Part shown: in pieces, positions 9,628 through 17,815 of the stretch
Layout: each line of letters opens with the position of its first letter
How positions within the stretch are numbered: position 1 is the first letter of the stretch
Source of the DNA: Candidatus Dadabacteria bacterium
GTDB lineage: Bacteria; Desulfobacterota_D; UBA1144; Nemesobacterales; Nemesobacteraceae
Reading direction: 5' to 3'
Assembly: GCA_007571325.1 (NCBI GenBank)
Contig: RKRQ01000072.1
Coordinates: 1 to 59,092, forward strand
DNA length: 59,092 nt
Translations under genes and position numbers: made by a program
The notes under the pieces: model-generated
Seen by the model: the letters and a program-made list of their open reading frames with translations, nothing else
The model's database searches: none
Told to the model about the DNA's origin: nothing

Positions 9628-11162
9628 TGGAGAGAGTTTTGAGATATCTTAAGGGGTTTTATTATATAAGGAAAAGTAATTGCTGCGGTACATCGCCAGA
9701 TGTAGGATCACCCTTTACATGGGTACGAAACATATCGACATGGCGTTACCGGTCACGCCGCCGGCTTTTTTCACCTGAATCCCGTCTCTCTATTATTTCA
9801 CTTACGATCTTAACTCTTGTCATTACCCTGATCTGTTTTCTTTCAGGCTCCCCAGCTCTCGCAGAAGAAGAGTGTGGTGAATACATAGAGCACGGTGGCG
9901 GAACCATCACCTGCGATGCAAGTACCTACAATGGTGATGGTGGCATTGAGTACGTCCTGGGCAACGGCGACTGGATCATCAACCTTGAGGACGATCTTAA
10001 CGTTAATACCGAAGCTACGGAAGACCACGCACTCCGTATATCTCAGGCCGGCGCCGGCAGTCTCACCATCAATATGTTAGGTGCCAGTCTCACCACCGAA
10101 GGCACTAGTGCCCATAGCATCAACGTTACTACCCAATACGGCGGCCTCGTCAAGATCAAAATGTCCGGCGGGGAAATAAAAACCAGCGGATCTAATGCCT
10201 ACGGTATTAGGGTAAAATCCTTCAATAATGAGAATATCAACATTGAAGTTGTGGACAACGACGAAAACTCCGAAACATCCATCACCACCTTGGGAATCAA
10301 CGCCCATGCAATCTACGCACGACACTACCTCTCAGGAAATATAAATATCGACCTAGACGGTGCCAATATCAAAGCCAGCGGCAACCAGTCTTATGCGGTT
10401 TATGCAGACCACGATGGGACCGGTGGTGTGACTATCGGAGTTGGCGGTCACTTAGTGTCAGGTGGAAACACACTGGTCATCTCCAACAGATCGACTTCAC
10501 CGGCCACAATCACGCTTGAGTCCGCAATCATCCAGGCGGGCGCTGACAGGAAGGCAATCATCACCGCCTCAAGCGACGATTCCCTGAAAGTGACAGGCGG
10601 TTCGAACAAAATAACCGGTGAAATAAATTTAGGTGCTGGTATGAACACCATGACCTTTGAGGCGGGTGATCTGTACCTGAACGGTCATCTTAATCTCGGC
10701 GGCTCCGGGGAGTTTACCATTAATGATGGTTCACGGCTGATCTTCGGGACCGCCGGCGACGAATACGGTCGTATCACCGCCAGCCAGATGAGCTTCAGCA
10801 CCCTGGACCGGGACCGGCAAAAGCTGTTCGTTGCGGATGGCTCCCTTACAGTGCTGGACGGCAAGGATGTACTGGTGAATGAGGATGGTAGATTCCAAGA
10901 CAATAACGGAAACACTGTCGAACCGAAGCTCTACAATGAGAACGAGGAAGAGGTCGGTTCCATAACCGAAAACGGCATAGTAAGTAGCAATCCCCCTGGT
11001 GACGGTGGTGACCCCCCTGGTGACGGTAGCGGTGGCTGCAGCATCGGCAGTGGCGACAGCGACAACGGCAGCATTGCCACGGTGGGCTTATTGTTGCTCC
11101 TGTGCGGTCTGATACTGTTCCTCAAGACTGAGAGGAAGATGAAGAGAGCAAGAGTGTCCTAA
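9628..11162 (+). CDS. secreted surface protein: signal peptide, autotransporter-passenger-like beta-helix repeats, Pro/Gly linker, C-terminal GGC-TM-basic (CTERM-like) anchor
   Basis: GGAGG RBS before ATG9628 (track start 9582 is TTG); hydrophobic segment ending SPALA-EE; five ~29-aa T.G..A(H/Y).I repeats; ends SGGCSIG..IATVGLLLLLCGLILFLKTERKMKR. Confidence 0.75.
10868..10984 (+). repeat. dispersed inverted repeat copy A (117 nt; partner 58976-59092)
   Basis: Manual alignment to the reverse complement of 58976-59092 gives 114/117 identical. Confidence 0.95.
10992..11027 (+). repeat. tandem direct repeat encoding PPGDG-GD-PPGDG linker
   Basis: CCCCCTGGTGACGGT at 10992-11006 and 11013-11027 (21-nt period). 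Confidence 0.9.
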
Positions 11163-11635
11163 GCAATGCAGTCATAGTTACTGTTCTTACTCTTGCTCGT
11201 ACCGTACCTGCCCGCCGCGGTGGGGTGAAAACCTGATTACCTACGTCGGGCGGGAAACCGCATCTAAAGGGCTTTAACTTTAGTGGTCTCTGAATCTCGC
11301 GGCTTTAATCATGACCGAGCGACGATGCATCGCTCCACAGCAGTCTGATCACAGCGAATGGGGGATGGGTGGCGAGACCGACATTTGATTAAGGTATTGC
11401 ATCACGATCCAGTGCAGAGCTAGATATAGGTTGTAAGTACTTGTAAGCATGAGACCCAACTTCACTGAAAAAATAAAAGTTGGTTTGGTTATCGCCCAAC
11501 TAATTGAAATGGCTGAATAATAGTTAACTGAACGAGTAATTCAACTTGTTCCCAGTGCAAAAGAGTTTTGAATCATCGAACTTACACTGGATCCGTCAGC
11601 GGAACTTGCTGTATTTGTTTTTTCAACATCAGACT

Positions 11636-13369
11636 TTAAGTGGTAAAAAACTGAGCGATCCTTGCAATGTTTGGTGCAACATTGGATGGAATCCCGATTC
11701 TTACGATTTCTCTTCCCTTATCATTGAGAGACTTGAAGTCGCCTTTTGCCTGTGCCATCTTGAGTATGCCGAAAGAAAATGATGAATCAGTGGAACCGAT
11801 TTCTTCAGGTATGTGAAGATCGTCTGCATTATCGCTTACGATTTGAATGAAAAATCCTTCTCCCGAGTCTCCTTTGTGAAGCTGACCGGTTGAGTGGAGA
11901 AATCTCGGTCCGAAACCCAGAGTTACGGGTACGGATGATATCTTCTCAATCTGCCTGCGAAGGGAAAGAAGTTCTTTTGAGTTTTTCTCTCCCGAGTCTA
12001 CGTATGCCTGAATCGATATATATCCTATTTGTTTTGAAGATATAATGCTTCTTAGATGCTCCGGGGATTGTATGTTATTGTTGCTTGAAAAAACAATTCC
12101 TTTTCTACGGAAATCGGGTTTTTCGGATTCAAATTTGCCGGTTTCTCCGTAAAGCTTGAGAAAACTTTTGGCAAAAGCTTTTGCGGATTCAACATCTGGT
12201 TGGTCAAAGGGATTTATTCCCATGATGCTTCCGGCAAGAGCGACTGCAAATTCAAATCGCAGAAACTCTTTTGCAATTGCATCTGGTGAGTCAACGATTA
12301 TTTGCACGAACGGAATCTCCGAGTCCACAAGACGTCTCTTTACTGCATCTATACTCTCGTCCCCTCTGAGGGAAAAAACAATATATGCCCTGTCGTCTCC
12401 AGCCCGTGGTGCATTAGCGGTTTCCTCGTCGAGTAACGGAAGCATTCCAACACCGTCTTTTCCTAAGCTCTCTGCAATTAGTTGTTCAACCCAGTAGCCG
12501 AAGTGGAAAAGCTTCTCCGAGAAGATAAAACCCAGTTTATCCCTTTTTTCCCCGGCCATTACTCCTAAAAAGGTTCCCAAACGGAAAGAAGAATTCTTGT
12601 TGAAGTCCTCCTTTACCGCATCTTTAAGTTCAAGTAGCACTGTAGCGGCTGATTGAAGTGTCTTACGTATGTCGACCCCCGCAAGGGATGCGGGAACAAG
12701 CCCAAAGTAGGAAAGTGCACTGAATCTTCCTCCAATATTCGGGTCATTTATGAATACCTTGTTAAAGTTGTGCTTGAGTGCCGTATCGATTAATTTTGAA
12801 CCTGGATCTGTAATGCAGATGAAATGTTCTCCTGCAGAATCGGTTTTTTTCGAAAGTTCGCCGTAGAAATATTTCATCAGAGAAACAGTTTCCACTGTGG
12901 AACCCGATTTTGAAGATACCACAAAGAGCGTTTTCAGAAGATCAATGCTTTGTTGGGTTTTTAGGATAAAATCGGGATCAGTTGTATCCAAGAGAGTAAG
13001 GTGCAAGAAGCCTTCTTGAAGAGTCAATATGTTTCTGAATACCTCGGAGGAAAGACTTGAACCTCCCATTCCCAGAACCACAGCATCTAAGAACCCTTTT
13101 TTTCTTACGGATTCTGAGAAGTCAGAAATTTCATCTGTAGACCCAAGCATCTCTTCGGGAAGATGTACCCAACCGAGGCGATTTGTGATTTCTGAAGGAT
13201 TATCTGCCCAAAGCAAATGATCGCAACAGAAAAATCTTTCGGCAAATTGGTTCCTCTCAAGTTCAAAAAGCTTGGATTCGATTAGGTTTCCGTAATCGCC
13301 TGCGTACTCCCTGTAGTTTACTGACTCGAAACTGGTTCTGTTTTCTTTGGGCACAGTACTACTTACCAA
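11636..13369 (-). CDS. pgi: glucose-6-phosphate isomerase (type found as the C-terminal domain of Tal/Pgi fusions)
   Basis: NRLGW, LGMGGSSL, SSKSGSTVET, IGGRFSALS, INPFDQPDVESAK, GPRFLHSTGQLHKG. Confidence 0.88.
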   Translation of the reverse strand: MVSSTVPKENRTSFESVNYREYAGDYGNLIESKLFELERNQFAERFFCCDHLLWADNPSEITNRLGWVHLPEEMLGSTDEISDFSESVRKKGFLDAVVLGMGGSSLSSEVFRNILTLQEGFLHLTLLDTTDPDFILKTQQSIDLLKTLFVVSSKSGSTVETVSLMKYFYGELSKKTDSAGEHFICITDPGSKLIDTALKHNFNKVFINDPNIGGRFSALSYFGLVPASLAGVDIRKTLQSAATVLLELKDAVKEDFNKNSSFRLGTFLGVMAGEKRDKLGFIFSEKLFHFGYWVEQLIAESLGKDGVGMLPLLDEETANAPRAGDDRAYIVFSLRGDESIDAVKRRLVDSEIPFVQIIVDSPDAIAKEFLRFEFAVALAGSIMGINPFDQPDVESAKAFAKSFLKLYGETGKFESEKPDFRRKGIVFSSNNNIQSPEHLRSIISSKQIGYISIQAYVDSGEKNSKELLSLRRQIEKISSVPVTLGFGPRFLHSTGQLHKGDSGEGFFIQIVSDNADDLHIPEEIGSTDSSFSFGILKMAQAKGDFKSLNDKGREIVRIGIPSNVAPNIARIAQFFTT

Positions 13370-15353
13370 GGAGCTTTATACATTCATTTAAGATAATTTC
13401 TGTATTAAAGCCGAAGTTGTTCATTACGTCTCGGTATGGTGCCGATTCTCCGAAACAGTCTATTCCATAGACTTTGGCTGTAGTACCCGATCCTGTGAAT
13501 CTCTCCCATCCGAATGTAGATCCAGCCTCAACGCTGATTCTCACACGGACAGAAGGCGGCAAGACTCTATCTTTGTATTCTTGGGGTTGTGCTTCAAAAA
13601 GACTCCAACACGGAAGACTTACCACTCTCGGGTTTGCTTTCATTTCCCGCAGTTTCTCATAGACTTCAAGGCAAATGTGAACCTCAGAACCCGTTGATAT
13701 GAGTATGATGTCAGGTGTACCGTCAGAGTCCGCTATTACGTAGCCACCCGCGAGAGCACCATCTGCTGCCCCGTAGCGGTCTCTGTCTATTATAGGAACA
13801 TTCTGTCTAGTAAGAATAAACGCGGTAGGGCGGTCAGAAAGCCCCATCACATATTTCCAAAGAACTGCAAGTTCGTTCGCGTCGCAGGGTCGGATGACGT
13901 TGATGTTGGGAGTTACTCTCAGGCTAGTAAGATGCTCTATTGGTTGATGTGTGGGTCCATCTTCACCAACCCCTATGCTATCATGAGTGAAAATATATAT
14001 TGTAGGCAGTTTCATCAGGGCCGCTAGCCTTATCGAAGGCTTCATGTAGTCAGAAAAGACAAAATAAGTTGAGCAATAAGCCCTAAGTCCGCTCAAGCAC
14101 ATCCCGCTTGCTATAGCAGCCATTGAATGTTCCCTGACTCCGAAATGAAAATTTCTGCCTTTTCGGTCTTCGGCGGAAAAACTGGTTGTACACTTAAGAT
14201 AGGTTTTTGTCGAAGAACCCACGTCTGCAGCACCTCCCATAAACCACGGCACTTTTTTCCCTATGTAATTAATTAAGCTTGAATTGGCGGAGCGCGTCGC
14301 TACGGGGTCGCCCGAGTAGGGGAAAAATGGCATATCATCGTCCCATCCTTCTGGTAGCTCTCTTTTTTTGAGAATCTCAAACTCGTGAGCAAGTTCAGGA
14401 TATTCGTTTGAATATTTTCTGAAGGTTTTTGTCCAAAGCGCTTCAATTTGATTTCCTTTGTCTATTGTTTCCTGTCTGTAAGCAAGAATCTCATCGGGAA
14501 CGTGAAAATCTCCCGGTGCATCCCATCCATAAAACTCCTTTGCTAGTTTTATTTCTTCTTTTCCCAGTGGTGCTCCGTGGGCCTCACAAGTGTTCTGTTT
14601 ATTGGGGCTTCCATATGCTATTTGGCTTTTCAGTATGACAATTGAAGGTCTTTCGGTCTCAGATCTTGCCCGTGCAAGGGCTTTCTCCATTTCCTCTAGA
14701 TTGTTTGCGTCCGCAACTTTTTCCACATGCCAATTATAGGAGCCAAAGCGCATTTCTGTGTTCTCGGAATACGCAAGCGATGTGTTGCCCTCAATAGTTA
14801 TGCTGTTGCTGTCATATATCCAAATGAGATTTCCAAGTCCAAGATGTCCCGCTATCGAGGCAGCTTCTGAAGAAATACCTTCCATCATGTCTCCGTCGCT
14901 GCATATTGAGTAGATATGGTGGTCTACAATATTGTAGCCAGGGCGATTGAAATAGGCTGAGAGCCATTTGCCTGCCATTGCCATTCCGACAGAATTCGAT
15001 ACTCCTTGGCCAAGAGGTCCAGTCGTGGTTTCGACTCCGGCGGTGACTCCAAGCTCTGGATGGCCGGGGCAGCGGCTGTGGAGGCTTCGGAATTTCTTTA
15101 TGTCGTCAATCGAGATATCGTAGCCGTTTACATAGAGAGTTGCATAGAGGAGCATGGAAGCATGACCAGCGGAAAGGACGAAACGGTCTCGGTTGAACCA
15201 GCTCGGATTTTCGGGATTATGTCTTAGAAACTTGTCGAAAAGCACAAAAGCTGCTGGAGCGAGAGCCATTGGAGTTCCAGGATGGCCGGACTTCGCTTTT
15301 TCCACCGCATCCATAGCTAGTGTTCTCATGAAGTTGATTACAAGTCTTTCCAA
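13359..15353 (-). CDS. tkt: transketolase
   Basis: SGHPG, RDRFVLSAGH, TTGPLGQG, GDMMEG TPP motif, GEDGPTHQP. Confidence 0.98.
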   Translation of the reverse strand: MERLVINFMRTLAMDAVEKAKSGHPGTPMALAPAAFVLFDKFLRHNPENPSWFNRDRFVLSAGHASMLLYATLYVNGYDISIDDIKKFRSLHSRCPGHPELGVTAGVETTTGPLGQGVSNSVGMAMAGKWLSAYFNRPGYNIVDHHIYSICSDGDMMEGISSEAASIAGHLGLGNLIWIYDSNSITIEGNTSLAYSENTEMRFGSYNWHVEKVADANNLEEMEKALARARSETERPSIVILKSQIAYGSPNKQNTCEAHGAPLGKEEIKLAKEFYGWDAPGDFHVPDEILAYRQETIDKGNQIEALWTKTFRKYSNEYPELAHEFEILKKRELPEGWDDDMPFFPYSGDPVATRSANSSLINYIGKKVPWFMGGAADVGSSTKTYLKCTTSFSAEDRKGRNFHFGVREHSMAAIASGMCLSGLRAYCSTYFVFSDYMKPSIRLAALMKLPTIYIFTHDSIGVGEDGPTHQPIEHLTSLRVTPNINVIRPCDANELAVLWKYVMGLSDRPTAFILTRQNVPIIDRDRYGAADGALAGGYVIADSDGTPDIILISTGSEVHICLEVYEKLREMKANPRVVSLPCWSLFEAQPQEYKDRVLPPSVRVRISVEAGSTFGWERFTGSGTTAKVYGIDCFGESAPYRDVMNNFGFNTEIILNECIKLLGK

Positions 15354-15572
15354 TTCTTCATCCTTGGGGAGAAATCCAAGCGGAAATGAAATACCAAAAA
15401 TGACTTGGCGCGCGTCGGATTCATTTAAAACAACGACCGGGATTTCGCTTGCGCGGACCGCTTTCTTTTAAGTTTACTTATATTAAACAATGGGAATAAT
15501 ATATCAACATATACCTGAAGGTGGTTTCACCCGGCATTTCTGCGGCATAAAAACCGCCTCTTCCCGTGCGAA

Positions 15573-16286
15573 ATGAAAAAAGTGGCTCTAGTTACAGGTG
15601 GGGCGGTGAGAATAGGCAAACAGATTTCTCTTAACCTCGCACAAAAGGGATATGACATTGCTCTTCATTACAATTCTTCGCGAAAAGAGGCTCTTGCGAC
15701 GAGGAAACAGATACTGAAAACCGGCTCGAGATGCGAGCTTTTCCATTGTGACCTCTCATCCACTGAGGATGCGAGAGAGCTTGTTCCGAAAGTAATGAAA
15801 AGCTTCAATGGGCTATGCGTTCTTGTTAATAACGCCTCAATCTTCGAGAACGTGAGGTTTGGTGACGTGACGCCCGAATTTCTGGAAAAGGATATGGCCA
15901 TAAATTTTAAAGCTCCTTTTTTTCTTTCCCAGTCTTTTTCCACAGCGGTAGACAAGGGGCTTATAATTAATTTTCTTGACACAAGAGTCAAAAAAAATTC
16001 CGTTGAGCACTTCTGCTACAATCTAAGCAAAAAGTCCCTTTATCACTTAACGAAAATGCTCGCAAGGGAACTCGCTCCCGATTTTCGGGTAAATGCCGTG
16101 TGTCCTGGACCCATTCTCGCTCCCCATGGATTTGGGGAAGATTACCTTTTAGAGATGGCAAGAAGAACTCCACTGAAGCAGCCGGGCTCTGTTGAGTATA
16201 TAATAAACGCGTTTAATTATTTTCTGGAAAACGATTACGTTACTGGAGAATGTCTTTTCGTTGACGGAGGCAAGAGTCTTACCTAG
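15573..16286 (+). CDS. pteridine reductase-type SDR (FolM/PTR1-like)
   Basis: TGGAVRIG, VNNAS, YNLSK catalytic motif; adjacent to folB/folK. Confidence 0.8.
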   Translation: MKKVALVTGGAVRIGKQISLNLAQKGYDIALHYNSSRKEALATRKQILKTGSRCELFHCDLSSTEDARELVPKVMKSFNGLCVLVNNASIFENVRFGDVTPEFLEKDMAINFKAPFFLSQSFSTAVDKGLIINFLDTRVKKNSVEHFCYNLSKKSLYHLTKMLARELAPDFRVNAVCPGPILAPHGFGEDYLLEMARRTPLKQPGSVEYIINAFNYFLENDYVTGECLFVDGGKSLT

Positions 16287-16290
16287 TTAG

Positions 16291-16638
16291 ATGATAATAA
16301 AAATCGAAAACCTGAGACTTCGTACAATAATAGGGATTTATGACTGGGAGAAGAAGAACCGTCAGGACCTAATTATAAATGTCACTGTTGATTTTGACGG
16401 GAGCAAAGCTGCCAAGAGCGACAATATAGAAGATACTTTTGACTATAAAGCGATAAACAAAAAAATCATCAGCTTTGTAGAGACAAACGATTTTAATCTG
16501 CTTGAGAGGGTTGCAGCCGGCATATGCGATATGGTTTTTGAGGAGCCTGCAGTCAGAGGAGCGTCTGTAAAGGTGGAAAAACCCGGAGCGCTTCGCTTTG
16601 CCGATTCCGTTTCAGTGACAGAAGTGAGAGATAGGTAG
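16291..16638 (+). CDS. folB: dihydroneopterin aldolase / dihydroneopterin triphosphate epimerase (FolB/FolX T-fold)
   Basis: IENLRLRTIIGIYDWE..RQ, DYK, LLE..A, VEKPGA; FolB versus FolX not resolved. Confidence 0.82.
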   Translation: MIIKIENLRLRTIIGIYDWEKKNRQDLIINVTVDFDGSKAAKSDNIEDTFDYKAINKKIISFVETNDFNLLERVAAGICDMVFEEPAVRGASVKVEKPGALRFADSVSVTEVRDR

Positions 16639-16839
16639 ATGAAACCAAGCTATTTTTGCACTCATCTTAAAAACAACTCTACTTAAAAAGCTTTTTCGCA
16701 ATTTTGAAACCGTACTTAAAATTCACCAGTCTATGTAAAATACGATCTTGATAAGAGAGTTCTTCAGGATTCTAATCCATTAGGAAGAGGCGAGGTTTTT
16801 GGACACGAACTGTTCTCAAAACAGAAAGAGTATCAGGGT

Positions 16840-17784
16840 ATGAATACGGTCATTATAGCAGTTGGTTCAAATATAGATGCCGAGAGCAACATAAACGTTG
16901 CAAAGCGAATGCTTAGTGAAAAACTCATCGTTTTAGCAGAGTCGAAATTCGTAAGAACTAAACCCATAGGGTATCAAGAGCAGCAGGATTTTTTAAATGG
17001 TTCCTTGCTGATAAAAACCCGTCTTGGCGCCAAGCGTCTGAAGAAACTGCTTAAAGGTGTGGAAATTTCTCTTGGAAGGGATATGGAGGAGGATCGTTAC
17101 GGACCGAGAAAAATGGACTTGGATATAGTTGTTTGGAATGGAGAGATAGTTGATTCTGACGTTTACAGAAGGGAATTTCTTCGCCGTTCCATTGTTGAAC
17201 TTTGTCCTGAACTTGAAAAAAAACTGAAAGATAAACAGGACTTCCCTGACGAAGCTGAAATCCCAGAAGAGATCGTGCTTACGAAGCTTTTCTCAAAGAA
17301 CGATATAAAAAACGCCATTAGCAAACTAGCCAAGCAAATTTCTATAGACTATGAAGGAAGAAATCCTGTTTTAGTCTGCGTTTTGCTGGGAGCACGACCA
17401 TTTTTTGAGGATCTCTCAGAGCATATAACCGTAAAGATAGAACAACGGTTCCTAAGAATTTCAAGTTATAAACATGCGACGCGCCCCGGACCCGCTGAGC
17501 TTTTAATGGACATTGAGTGCGAATTGGAAGGTAGGGATGTTGTAATCGTTGAGGATGTAATTGAAACTTCAAAGACGATGAAGTTTATCCTGCGGCAAAT
17601 GGAATCAAAGAACCCAAGCTCAGTTCGTGTATGCGCGCTTATAGATAAAAGGGGAAAAGATGCAACAGGTTTGGGACCTGATTACATGGGTTTTCAAGTG
17701 GATACAGGATTTCTTGTGGGTTACGGAATGGACTACATGGACAAGGGAAGAAACCTTGAGGACATATATTTGCTCCGGGGGTGA
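16840..17784 (+). CDS. fusion: HPPK (FolK, aa 1-~125) + hypoxanthine phosphoribosyltransferase-like domain (aa ~146-314)
   Basis: AVGSNI, QQDFLN, RYGPRKMDLDI (FolK); then VLVCVLLGA, ISSY, VIVEDVIETSKT, FLVGYGMDY (HPRT); one continuous ORF. Confidence 0.88.
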   Translation: MNTVIIAVGSNIDAESNINVAKRMLSEKLIVLAESKFVRTKPIGYQEQQDFLNGSLLIKTRLGAKRLKKLLKGVEISLGRDMEEDRYGPRKMDLDIVVWNGEIVDSDVYRREFLRRSIVELCPELEKKLKDKQDFPDEAEIPEEIVLTKLFSKNDIKNAISKLAKQISIDYEGRNPVLVCVLLGARPFFEDLSEHITVKIEQRFLRISSYKHATRPGPAELLMDIECELEGRDVVIVEDVIETSKTMKFILRQMESKNPSSVRVCALIDKRGKDATGLGPDYMGFQVDTGFLVGYGMDYMDKGRNLEDIYLLRG

Positions 17785-17815
17785 ATTTTGTAATTAACCT
17801 CGACGAATTGTAGAT

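Noticed and set aside
10868-10984. Diversity-generating retroelement TR/VR pair (two differences are AAC vs GAC)
   Set aside because: The third difference is T/C, flanking differences are not adenine-specific, both copies are in-frame coding paralogs, and there is no reverse transcriptase in the window
11207-11284. Group II intron domain V/VI (GAAA-capped hairpin)
   Set aside because: No AGC/CGC catalytic triad helix of the right geometry and no intron 5' end or RT
11290-11545. Degraded autotransporter beta-barrel downstream of the surface gene
   Set aside because: Only short peptides (e.g. ..EWGWVARPTFD*) with no convincing barrel pattern
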